Positions 10,840-21,556 of a stretch of 64,000 nt of DNA are shown here, piece by piece. Under the pieces are notes generated by a model. It saw only the letters and a list, made by a program, of their open reading frames with translations. It was not told the origin of the DNA and ran no database searches. Where the stretch lies: positions 1-64,000 of the forward strand of contig CAWBVY010000006.1 in assembly GCA_963792415.1 (NCBI GenBank). The letters run 5' to 3'. Every line of letters begins with the position of its first letter. Within the stretch, counting starts at the first letter, position 1. Both the position numbers and the translations under genes were made by a program. This DNA comes from Candidatus Deferrimicrobiaceae bacterium. GTDB lineage: Bacteria; Desulfobacterota; Deferrimicrobia; Deferrimicrobiales; Deferrimicrobiaceae.

Positions 10840-11949
10840 GTGGGCCAAATCGAGAGCGCCATCCTGTCCAGTTTCCGCGCGGGGATTCTCGCGATGCGAT
10901 CGGACGGGACCATCTCGTTCATCAACCCGATCGGCGCGAAGATCCTGAAGGGCTGTTCCATCCGGGAAGGGGAGAGCATCCACCCCCGGGCGGGTGAAAA
11001 CGTTTTTTTCCGCGTGCTGAGCGAAGCCCTCTCGATGAGCCACCTTCCCACCCGCGTCGAGGCGGAATTGCCGGGGCGGGACGGGGAACGGCAGAATCTC
11101 GGTTTCACCCTTTCGGAACTGAAGGAGGGGGGAAACGGGTCGGCATCTGCGCCTTCTTCAAGGACCTGACCCACGTGGAGATGACCGAGGAAAGCGAGAA
11201 CCTGAAGGAGCGGCTCCTGATGCTCGGACAGATGGCGGCGGGACTGGCGCACGAGATCCGCAATCCGATCGCCAGCATCGGCGTCCACGCCAGCTTCCTT
11301 AAATCGCATCTTGTCCGGAAACGAAAAGCTTCTTTCCTCGGTCGGAATGATGGCGAGCGAGGTCGAGAAAGTGGAGTACATCATCCGGGAATGCCTGAAC
11401 TTCGTGCGGCCGGCGGAGCTGGGGCTCCAGTCGGTCCAGGTGGATACGCTCGTCGACGCTGTCGTGGCGCGGATGGTCACCCTCCATCCCGGGATGAAGT
11501 TTTCGATCCAGAAACCGGATAGCCGGGATCTGATGGCGGAGGTGGACGTCGCCCTCCTTGAACAGGCGTTGACGAACATCCTGGCCAACGCGGTGGATGC
11601 CTGCCAGGGAAATGGAACGGTCCAGGTCTTTCTGGGGAAGTCCCGCCACTTTACCGAGTTGGTGCGGCTGAACCGGCGGGTGGACAGGCTCCTTCCCGGC
11701 AATTCGGGGATAGAGGAGGAGTTCCTCCGGATCCACATTCGCGACAACGGGCCCGGAATCCCCCCGGAGGTGCAGGATCGGATCTTCGTGCCCTTCTTCA
11801 CGACAAAAAAAACCGGGACCGGGATCGGATTGCCGATCGCGCAGAAAATCGTGCACGCCCACGGGGGAGTTCTGGACATGGAAAGCGAAGTCGGAAAAGG
11901 GACCGAATTCATCATCAAGATCCCGATGAGGCACACCGGTGGCCGATAG
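10840..11949 (+). CDS. Cytoplasmic PAS-domain sensor histidine kinase, frameshifts near 11135 and 11311
   Basis: PAS-like DGTISFINP; H-box AAGLAHEIRNP; N-box NILANAVDA; G1 DNGPGI; F-box FVPFFTTK; G2 GTGIGL. Confidence 0.85.
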
Positions 11950-13306
11950 AGTCCTGATCGTGGAAGACAACGAGGCGTTGCGCGTGGGAATCCGCCTGGC
12001 GCTCGACGAGGCCGGTTACGCCGTACAGGAAGCCTCCTCGGGGGAAGACGCGATCCGGAAGCTCGAGACCGAGCCGTGCCACGTGGTCGTCACCGATATC
12101 CGGTTGGGGGATATGAACGGCGTCGACATCCTCAAGAAAGCCAAGGAGGTCAACTCCGAGATCGAGGTGATCCTGATGACCGCCTACGCCACCGTCGAAA
12201 CGGCGGTGCAGGCGTTGCGCCTGGGAGCGTTCGACTACATCCAGAAACCGTTCGAGATCGAACATCTCCTGCATCGGGTCCGGACCGCGTTGCGGATGGG
12301 TCGAATGCGGGGGGAGATCGAGTTCTACCAGAAGGTCGAATACCGGAACGCCCTCGGCGACGACGCTCTCGTCGCGGAGAGCAAAGGGATGCGGGAGATT
12401 CTCGGCATCATCAAGAAGGTGGCGCCCACGCCGGCGACGGTGCTGATCACGGGGGAAACCGGGACGGGCAAGGAACTCCTCGCCGCCCTCATCCATTTCG
12501 GAAGTCAGCGGAACAAGTCCCCCTTCGTCAAGGTGAATTGCGCGGCGCTGCATGAGAACCTCCTCGAGAGCGAGCTGTTCGGCCACGAGCGCGGGGCCTT
12601 TACCGGAGCGGAGAAACTTCGCATCGGCCGGTTCGAGCAGGCGGACAAGGGGACCATCTTCCTCGACGAGATCGGCGACATGAGCCCGACAACGCAGGCG
12701 AAGGTTCTTCGGGTCCTGCAGGATCAGGAGTTCGAACGGCTCGGCAGCAGCGGCCGCTCGGTCAAGGTGGACGTTCGCGTCGTGGCGGCAACGAACAAGG
12801 ACCTGCGGATCGAGGTCAAGGAGGGCCGGTTCCGCCAGGACCTCTATTTCCGGCTCAACGTGGTGAACTTGCGCATCCCGCCCCTGCGGGAGCGGCTGGA
12901 CGACATTCTGCCGCTGGCGCGTTTCTTCCTGAACCGGTACGCCGTGGATTTCAAGAAACGGGTGAGCGGTTTCTCCCCCGAGGCGATCGAGAAGATACGG
13001 CGGTACTCCTGGCCCGGGAACGTGCGGGAATTGCAGAACTCGATCGAACGGGCCGTGCTCCTCTCCGACGAAGAAACGGTCGGCGCCAACAGCCTGACCC
13101 AGGAGGGACGCACCGATGGGGAAGAGGTTTCTTCCAAGGACACCATGAATCTGGAGGAACTGGAGAGAGGGGCGATCGAGCGGGCATTGCGGTTGTCCAG
13201 GGGCGTCCAGAAGGAGGCCGCGAAATTGATGGGCATCACCCCACGCGTGCTGAATTACAAGATCGCCGAGATGGGGATCGACTGGAAATCGTTCCGGGAG
13301 AGATGA
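11939..13306 (+). CDS. sigma54-dependent NtrC-family response regulator (REC-AAA+-Fis HTH)
   Basis: REC domain (VED, TDIRL, KPF); GETGTGKE; ESELFGHERGAFTGA; FLDEIG; WPGNVREL; C-terminal HTH. Confidence 0.95.
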   Translation: MADRVLIVEDNEALRVGIRLALDEAGYAVQEASSGEDAIRKLETEPCHVVVTDIRLGDMNGVDILKKAKEVNSEIEVILMTAYATVETAVQALRLGAFDYIQKPFEIEHLLHRVRTALRMGRMRGEIEFYQKVEYRNALGDDALVAESKGMREILGIIKKVAPTPATVLITGETGTGKELLAALIHFGSQRNKSPFVKVNCAALHENLLESELFGHERGAFTGAEKLRIGRFEQADKGTIFLDEIGDMSPTTQAKVLRVLQDQEFERLGSSGRSVKVDVRVVAATNKDLRIEVKEGRFRQDLYFRLNVVNLRIPPLRERLDDILPLARFFLNRYAVDFKKRVSGFSPEAIEKIRRYSWPGNVRELQNSIERAVLLSDEETVGANSLTQEGRTDGEEVSSKDTMNLEELERGAIERALRLSRGVQKEAAKLMGITPRVLNYKIAEMGIDWKSFRER

Positions 13307-13331
13307 TCGAAGGGAAATATTTACGTTGAAG

Positions 13332-13541
13332 TTACTTTCGGTGTTTCTTCCGTCCCATAGCGGCGAGTCCGATCAGGCAACTTCCCAGAAGGATCATCGT
13401 GCCGGGCTGGAAAGCGTATGCCGTGATCCTCGGTCCGATTTCCAGAGATCCCACGGAGGGAGACGGCATCACGAAAAAATTGACAGTCAGGAAGAAGAGA
13501 AACAGCGCGATCCAGATGGTCTTCTTTGGGTAGGAATTCAT
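13332..13541 (-). CDS. Minimal PEP-CTERM-like sorting-signal protein (69 aa)
   Basis: RBS GGAGGAG; hydrophobic signal peptide; C-terminus AFQPGTMILLGSCLIGLAAMGRKKHRK matches (VPE)PxTxxLLGxGLxGLxxxRRK; preceded by a sigma54 promoter. Confidence 0.72.
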   Translation of the reverse strand: MNSYPKKTIWIALFLFFLTVNFFVMPSPSVGSLEIGPRITAYAFQPGTMILLGSCLIGLAAMGRKKHRK

Positions 13542-13594
13542 CCTCGACTCCTCCAACAAGCCTGTAATATCTCAAGAACTCTGACCGTATACCA

Positions 13595-13609
13595 GCAATC
13601 CGTGTGCCA
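13595..13609 (-). promoter_or_regulatory. sigma54 (-24/-12) promoter of the PEP-CTERM-like gene
   Basis: Minus strand TGGCACACGGATTGC, near-consensus. Confidence 0.82.
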
Positions 13610-13688
13610 TGTACGGTAACAGCCGAATCCTCATAAGTATCTGTATCGTAAGGATAATTTACAAGAAACCGCCATATCCACATAACAG

Positions 13689-13740
13689 GTAGGCAATAAT
13701 TTGCCTACTTTGGGTAATTAGTAGGAAATCTTGTTCCTTC
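13689..13740. promoter_or_regulatory. Two palindromic upstream activator (enhancer) sites
   Basis: GTAGGCAATAATTTGCCTAC (13689-13708) and GTAGGAAATCTTGTTCCTTC (13721-13740), 32 bp apart, about 80-130 bp upstream of the -24 box. Confidence 0.55.
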
Positions 13741-13799
13741 GAGTAGAGACAGACCAGCAGAGAATTATTGCAATGACTTCCCCGGGTTGGGGATGGCGG

Positions 13800-15959
13800 T
13801 CAGTCGAATGGGATCGCTTTCAGGAAAAGTTGCGTCACCTCGGGGTCGAACCGCGTGCCCGACAAGCCCCGGACCATCTTCAACGCCTCTTCCGGCGGGA
13901 GGGCTTCGCGGTGCGGGCGGGTCGAGACGGCCGAGTCGTAGCACTCTGCCACCGAGAGGATCTGCGCGGCCACGGAGATGTCGCCGCCGCTTAGACCGTA
14001 CGGGTAGCCCGAGCCGTCGAAATGTTCATGGTGCTCCAGGATCGCCCGGCGCGTTGCGTCCATTCCCGGCACGCCTTCCAGCATCTTCGAGCCGAGGAAG
14101 GGGTGCTTCCGGACCATCTCCGTTTCCTGCTCGCTCAGCCGGCGTTTCATCGCCAGGAGGTTCCCGGGAATGCCGACGATCCCCACGTCGTGCAGCTCCG
14201 CGGCGTGACGCAGGGAGGTGAGATCGGACTTCGAAAGTCCCATCCGCTCGCCGACCCGCGTGGACAGGTCGCGTACCCGGTTCGTGTGCCCGGAGAGGAA
14301 GGGGAAGCGCAGTTCGAGCGCGTCCGAGAGGGAGCCGAGGATGGAAAGGGAGAAGTTGCGGACGTTCTCACGGAACCCGATCCCCTGGGCAAGGATCGAG
14401 GCGATCTCGGAGGTGATCGGTGCGAACGTCTTCAGATCCTCGTGGGTGAACGCCTGTTGGTTCTTCCGGTTCGTGAGGTGGAGCGCCCCCAGCGTCTGGC
14501 CGTGATGGATCAGCGGGATCGAAAGGAACGATTCCGCCTGGTACCCGTTCTTCTTGAAGGGGCCGGCGAACGGGGAATCGTCCGGGTTGGAGACGACCAG
14601 CGGCAACTGGTGGTCCACCACCCAGTTGGTGACCGGGCCGGCGCGAAACCCTCCCGACGCGGTAATATGTTCCTCGTGCCTGGAAAATCCGATCGCCGCG
14701 CACAGGCTGAAGTCGCCGTCCGCGTTCCTTACGACGATGGAGCCGCGGCCCGCGGAGAGTCCCTGCATTCCGGTAAAAAGGAGGATCTCAAGGAACTTGT
14801 CCATGTCGACCACGGAGCGTCCCGCTTCGTAGATCTTCCGGACCGGAAGGTCCGGAAGGACGTTTTTCACGTCCTCGGCGTCGGTCGCCTCGTGGAACAG
14901 GAAGATATGGCCCCCGCCTTTGCTCTTTGCCATTTGGAGCGCGCGGGCCGACTTGGTCAGCAGATCGGTCTTGTCGAAGGAATCGGAAGGAAAGGACGCC
15001 ACGCCGATGCTTGCCGACAGCCGCTCGGTGCGGGTGTCCTTGCCCCCCGGAAGCAGGTGTCGATGGAATCGCTGGGTGATGCGTTGCGCCAAGGCTTGCG
15101 CCCCTTCCGGGATCCCGTCCAGAAGGAGGATGCCGAATTCGTCCCCGCCGAGGCGCGCCACCGTGTCGACCTCCCGCACGGAGCCGATCAGGATGCCGGC
15201 GAATTCCTGCAGGGCGATGTCGCCGGTGGTGTTCAGGAACTTCTCGTTGAACGCCGTGAAGCCGTCGATGTCGAGCATCAGCACGCTGAACGATCCGCCG
15301 TTGCGGCGACAGCGGAGAATCTCGATTTCAAGCTGATGGTCGAAGTATTGGCGATTGTAAAGGTGCGTCAACGGATCGTGGTAAGAGTAGAAAGAATGGG
15401 GTTTTTCGGTGCGATGCAGGTGGGTTTCGGCCTGAAGCGAAAGCGCCCAGAGCAGCTTCACCTGCACGGGGGTGAAAGGGTGCGAGACACGTTTGCCGAA
15501 GACGATGACGTTCCTGATGTCGCGGTCCCTGTGTATGGGGAAAGCCACCAGGGACCGGGAGGACCACGCTTCGCAGATCGTGTCTGCCCATCCCCCCCAT
15601 TCCGGGTCCATGGAGACGGCTTTGTCGAAGTGCGCGGCGATTGCCGCGGGAGCGACCAGGGAGGGGAGACGGTCCGGCGGAGGACGGGTTTCGATGCGTC
15701 GGCCGAGGCGGACCTCCCATGTCGCGGGATCGCTTTCCTTGCAGGCGAGGAGGCCGCATGCCTCGACTCCCGCAATCTCCTCGGCGATGTCGAAAAGGGA
15801 GTTGAAGATGGCATCGATTTCGAAAGTGGTTCCAAGGAGGTAGCTGCTTTTCAAGAGGGTGTTGACGGCGGCGGAGAGAGAGACGATCTCGTCGGGAGTT
15901 ATATCGAGCGGAAAATCGATGGTGCAGCGAGGAGGGCCCGTGCTGTCGAAGGAGGTCAA
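13800..15959 (-). CDS. GAF-GGDEF-GAF-HD-GYP c-di-GMP cyclase/phosphodiesterase
   Basis: DPLTHLYNR; DID; REVD (RxxD I-site) followed by RLGGDEF; HDVG; HHEHFDGSGYPYGL; two GAF-like segments. Confidence 0.92.
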   Translation of the reverse strand: MTSFDSTGPPRCTIDFPLDITPDEIVSLSAAVNTLLKSSYLLGTTFEIDAIFNSLFDIAEEIAGVEACGLLACKESDPATWEVRLGRRIETRPPPDRLPSLVAPAAIAAHFDKAVSMDPEWGGWADTICEAWSSRSLVAFPIHRDRDIRNVIVFGKRVSHPFTPVQVKLLWALSLQAETHLHRTEKPHSFYSYHDPLTHLYNRQYFDHQLEIEILRCRRNGGSFSVLMLDIDGFTAFNEKFLNTTGDIALQEFAGILIGSVREVDTVARLGGDEFGILLLDGIPEGAQALAQRITQRFHRHLLPGGKDTRTERLSASIGVASFPSDSFDKTDLLTKSARALQMAKSKGGGHIFLFHEATDAEDVKNVLPDLPVRKIYEAGRSVVDMDKFLEILLFTGMQGLSAGRGSIVVRNADGDFSLCAAIGFSRHEEHITASGGFRAGPVTNWVVDHQLPLVVSNPDDSPFAGPFKKNGYQAESFLSIPLIHHGQTLGALHLTNRKNQQAFTHEDLKTFAPITSEIASILAQGIGFRENVRNFSLSILGSLSDALELRFPFLSGHTNRVRDLSTRVGERMGLSKSDLTSLRHAAELHDVGIVGIPGNLLAMKRRLSEQETEMVRKHPFLGSKMLEGVPGMDATRRAILEHHEHFDGSGYPYGLSGGDISVAAQILSVAECYDSAVSTRPHREALPPEEALKMVRGLSGTRFDPEVTQLFLKAIPFD

Positions 15960-16016
15960 ACGCTTCTCCCGTGTGACATCAATTTGGAAGGCGGTTCCGG
16001 TTCTGATAATGCTTCA

Positions 16017-16031
16017 GCAAGTTTTGGGCCT
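16017..16031 (-). promoter_or_regulatory. Putative sigma54 promoter of the GGDEF/HD-GYP gene
   Basis: Minus strand AGGCCCAAAACTTGC, with GG and TTGC at the correct -24/-12 spacing, 58 bp upstream of the start. Confidence 0.5.
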
Positions 16032-16112
16032 ATTTGCCGATAGAAAAGGATATGAAAAACTGTTTAGTAATAGAGACATGCATGCGAACCTCCGGAGGGG
16101 GGTTTTTGGTTC

Positions 16113-16170
16113 GGCAATATATTGTACATGAGTGGTAATTATTTTCCTAATCGCCGAGCAATATATTCGC
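16113..16170. promoter_or_regulatory. Array of three related 14-bp palindromic sites
   Basis: GGCAATATATTGTA (16113), GGTAATTATTTTCC (16134), AGCAATATATTCGC (16157). They resemble the sites at 13692 and 13724. Confidence 0.45.
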
Positions 16171-16253
16171 ATCGCTCTTCCGTGATGAACCCTTGATCTT
16201 TCCACCCTGAAGAAATACCGTTGCTTCCAGATCGAAACGAAAAGGAGGTCGCC

Positions 16254-17156
16254 ATGCCTTTGGATCGCGGCACGCGAACATGGAAGGGGATCCTCCTCGC
16301 CGGAGGGGCGGGCACCCGTCTTTTTCCCATCACCAAGGTTGTCAGCAAGCAGCTCCTCCCCATCTACGACAAGCCGATGATCTACTACCCGCTTTCCGTC
16401 CTGATGCTCTCCGGCATCCGGGACATCCTTCTCATCTCCACCCCGTTCGACCTGCCCAGGTTCCGGGATCTCCTGGGGGACGGTTCGCAGTGGGGGATCC
16501 GGATCTCCTACGCGGAACAACCCCGCCCCGAGGGGCTGGCGCAGGCGTTTCTCATCGGGAAAGAGTTCATCGGACGGGACAAGGTGTGCCTGATCCTCGG
16601 CGACAACATTTTTTACGGTCACGGGTTCCAGGAGATCCTGAAGCGGGCGGCGGCGATCGCGTCCGGGGCGATGATCTTCGGGTACTGGGTCCGGGATCCG
16701 GAACGGTACGGCGTCGTCGAGTTCGACACGTCGGGCAAGGTGCTGAGCATCGAGGAGAAGCCGGCGCGGCCGAAGTCGAAATTCGCCGTTCCCGGTCTCT
16801 ACTTCTTCGACAACGGGGTGGTGAGGATCGCGGCGCAATTGAAGCCCTCGGCGCGCGGTGAGCTGGAGATCGCGGATGTCATCAACGCCTATCTGGCGAA
16901 GGGGAATCTGCGGGTCGAGCTGCTCGGCCGCGGGTTCGCCTGGCTGGACACCGGGACGCACGACTCCCTGCTGGAGGCAGGCACCTTCGTGGAGACGATC
17001 GAGAAGCGGCAGGGACTGAAGGTTGCCTGCGTGGAGGAGGTGGCGTACCGGATGGGATTCATCGACGCCGGGCAACTCGCCACGCTCGCCGAGCCGATGC
17101 GGAAGAACGGGTACGGGCAATATCTCCTGCAGCTCTTGGACGAGGAGAAACGGTGA
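16254..17156 (+). CDS. rfbA: Glucose-1-phosphate thymidylyltransferase
   Basis: [72 protein letters not shown]. Confidence 0.97.
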   Translation: MPLDRGTRTWKGILLAGGAGTRLFPITKVVSKQLLPIYDKPMIYYPLSVLMLSGIRDILLISTPFDLPRFRDLLGDGSQWGIRISYAEQPRPEGLAQAFLIGKEFIGRDKVCLILGDNIFYGHGFQEILKRAAAIASGAMIFGYWVRDPERYGVVEFDTSGKVLSIEEKPARPKSKFAVPGLYFFDNGVVRIAAQLKPSARGELEIADVINAYLAKGNLRVELLGRGFAWLDTGTHDSLLEAGTFVETIEKRQGLKVACVEEVAYRMGFIDAGQLATLAEPMRKNGYGQYLLQLLDEEKR

Positions 17157-17189
17157 GGGGGCCGGAACCGCGGGCGCTCCAGGACCGCC

Positions 17190-18734
17190 ATGACGCCTGA
17201 AGGAAACCGGCCGAAAGAGCGGGTTGTCGTCACCGCGGTGTCCGGGGGGCCGGATTCGGTGTACCTTCTGCTTGGAAAGCTCGCCCGTGAGAAAGGGACC
17301 CGGATTGTCATCGGGCACGTGAATTACGGGACCCGGGGAGCCGAATCGGTGAAAGATCAGAAATTGGTTGAAAAAATAGGCAAAACGTTACGATATGAAA
17401 CGGTAATTCTTGCGTCGAATCAGGGATGGATCGCAGGGGAAACCGATGGCGACTCAGGAACCCGTGAGGATTTCCCCCCGGGGTTCGAGAAGAAAGCCCG
17501 GGAGATCCGATACCGATTCCTGAGGAATCTTTCGAAACGGGTTGGGGCGGAGGCGATCGCCCTGGCCCACACGGCGGACGACCAGGTCGAAACGATCCTG
17601 ATGCGCGTCATCGAGGGGGCGGGAATCGGGGGGTTGAAAGGGATTCCGCGCGCCTCGGGGGACGGAATCGTACGGCCGATTCTCAAAGTATGGAAGGAAG
17701 ATATCCTGGATTACTTAAAGAAACGGAGGATACCTTATCGGATCGACCGATCGAACGTCGACACCCGGTTCGAGCGGAACTGGATCCGCTGCGTCCTGAT
17801 CCCGCTTCTGGAAGAGCGGTACGGCAAAGCGGTGAAAAAACGGATCTTCACCCTCGGGGAGCGGTTCCTCGAACTCGACGATTATCTCGAGAGCGAGGCA
17901 GGAAGATGGATCCGCGGGAATGTGAAGATGTCGCCCGGACGGATGCGCAAAGAGGCAGTTGTCAAAAGGACGCGTATCGAGGGCAAATCACGTCATGAAG
18001 CGCGTGGCCAGGGCAATAAGAGAGTCCTGGTTTTCCGAAGAAAAACGTTCTCGGCGCTCCCTTCCGTCCTTCGGGTGAAGATCCTCCAGCGGATCTGCTT
18101 CGATCGGCTCGGGATCTCCCCGAACGAACGGTTGCTGAAGGCGATGGACGGGAGCGTCTCCGGCGGGGGTCCCTCCGCATGCGTGGCCGCGGGGAAGGGG
18201 TGGAAACTGGCCAACCGGTACGAAGAAGCGCTTTTTGCTCCGGAGGAAAGCGGCAGGGGCCGGAAATCGGCAGGGTCGGCGAACGGGAGACTCGCTTCCC
18301 CTCCGGTCAGGATGTCCACTCCCGGGGAGTACGATCTTCCGCTCGGGAGGCAAGGCCGGTCCGTTTCGTTCGCGTGGGAAATCCGGGGGAAACGTACCGC
18401 GGCGCAGGCGAAGCGCCTCGCGGCGCAGGGGGACGCCGAGGTGTTCGACGAGGCCGACCTGAAGGTGCCGCTCTCGGTTCGCCCTTTGCGTGCCGGCGAC
18501 CGGATCCGGCCGTTCGGTGGGGGCGTCGACCGAAATGCGCGGGACGGAAGGAAGAAGGTCAAGGAGATCCTGATCGACCGGAAGGTCCCGCGGGACGATC
18601 GATGGGGGCGACCCGTCGTCTGCGACGCGGAAGGAGCGATCCTCTGGATCCCCGGTATCCTCCGTTCCTCCCTCGCGCCCGTTACCCCGGCGACCCGGAA
18701 GACCGCGATTCTGCGGATCCGTTCGACGAAATAG
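17190..18734 (+). CDS. tilS: tRNA(Ile)-lysidine synthetase
   Basis: SGGPDS PP-loop, AREIRY, AHTADDQVET, RPIL, DRSN...RNWIR, and TilS_C domain (KKVKEILIDRKVP). Confidence 0.93.
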   Translation: MTPEGNRPKERVVVTAVSGGPDSVYLLLGKLAREKGTRIVIGHVNYGTRGAESVKDQKLVEKIGKTLRYETVILASNQGWIAGETDGDSGTREDFPPGFEKKAREIRYRFLRNLSKRVGAEAIALAHTADDQVETILMRVIEGAGIGGLKGIPRASGDGIVRPILKVWKEDILDYLKKRRIPYRIDRSNVDTRFERNWIRCVLIPLLEERYGKAVKKRIFTLGERFLELDDYLESEAGRWIRGNVKMSPGRMRKEAVVKRTRIEGKSRHEARGQGNKRVLVFRRKTFSALPSVLRVKILQRICFDRLGISPNERLLKAMDGSVSGGGPSACVAAGKGWKLANRYEEALFAPEESGRGRKSAGSANGRLASPPVRMSTPGEYDLPLGRQGRSVSFAWEIRGKRTAAQAKRLAAQGDAEVFDEADLKVPLSVRPLRAGDRIRPFGGGVDRNARDGRKKVKEILIDRKVPRDDRWGRPVVCDAEGAILWIPGILRSSLAPVTPATRKTAILRIRSTK

Positions 18735-18759
18735 ACAAAAACCGCTCCTGTGGTAAAAT
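18732..18759 (+). promoter_or_regulatory. sigma70-type promoter of ftsH
   Basis: TAGACA-16 bp-TAAAAT with extended TG. Confidence 0.45.
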
Positions 18760-18807
18760 AATCCGTTACAATACTGGACAGTTCCGATTCCACGACATCA
18801 AGGAGAC

Positions 18808-20667
<1,860 letters not shown>

Positions 20668-20767
20668 CCCCGAGAGGGGCCGCCCGGTCATCGCACCGCA
20701 TCCCGCGAAAGCGTTCCGCGTTCCGATCCCCGGGGGGGTTCTCGACCTGTCCGGCCGCCCTCTTCTC

Positions 20768-21556
20768 ATGGGAATCCTGAACGTGACGCCGGACTCCTTC
20801 TCCGACGGAGGCGCGTACCGGTCCGTCGAAGAGGCGATCGCGCGCGGATTGGAGATGGAGGCGGAAGGGGCGGCGATCCTCGACGTGGGGGGAGAGTCGA
20901 CCCGTCCCGGGTCGCTCCCCGTTCCGGTCGACGAGGAGATGCGCCGGGTGATCCCCGTCATCCGGGGGATCGCCGCGAAGACGGAGGCCGTGATCTCGGT
21001 GGACACGACCAAGGCGGCCGTGGCGAACGCGGCGGTTGCTGCGGGAGCGAGGATCGTGAACGACACGAGCGCCCTTGCGGACGACCCGGAGATGGCGGCG
21101 ACGGTCCGGGCGTCGGGGGCGGCCGTGGTCCTGATGCACCGGCGAGGGTCGACGGCGACGATGCAGCAGGCGCCGCACTACGACTCCCTGTTCGACGAGC
21201 TGCTGGCCGAACTGACCGGGCGGATCAACGCGGCGGAAGCCGCGGGGATCGACCCGGAACGGATCCTCGTGGACCCCGGGATCGGTTTCGGCAAGCGCCT
21301 GTCCGACAATCTTGCGCTGCACCGGCATCTTGACCGGCTTCGGGTCCTCGGGCGGCCGATCGTCTTCGGCCCGTCCCGGAAATCGTTCATCGGAACCCTG
21401 ACCGGCGCTCCGCCGTCGGATCGGGCGTTCGGCACCGCGGCGGCCGTCGCGGCGGCGGTGCTGCGCGGGGCCCACGTGCTGCGCGTCCACGACGTGAAGG
21501 AGATGCGGGAAGTGGTCGAAGTGGCATTCGCGATCCGGGGCGAGGCGTCATGGTAG
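20768..21556 (+). CDS. folP: Dihydropteroate synthase (true start may be further upstream)
   Basis: MGILNVTPDSFSDGG, DVGGESTRPG, DPGIGFGK, SRKSFIG, RVHDV. Confidence 0.95.
   Translation: MGILNVTPDSFSDGGAYRSVEEAIARGLEMEAEGAAILDVGGESTRPGSLPVPVDEEMRRVIPVIRGIAAKTEAVISVDTTKAAVANAAVAAGARIVNDTSALADDPEMAATVRASGAAVVLMHRRGSTATMQQAPHYDSLFDELLAELTGRINAAEAAGIDPERILVDPGIGFGKRLSDNLALHRHLDRLRVLGRPIVFGPSRKSFIGTLTGAPPSDRAFGTAAAVAAAVLRGAHVLRVHDVKEMREVVEVAFAIRGEASW

Noticed and set aside
11125-11320. Programmed frameshifting or phase variation in the histidine kinase
   Set aside because: Two compensating-type indels sit in short homopolymers inside an indel-rich part of the assembly, so sequencing error is more parsimonious.
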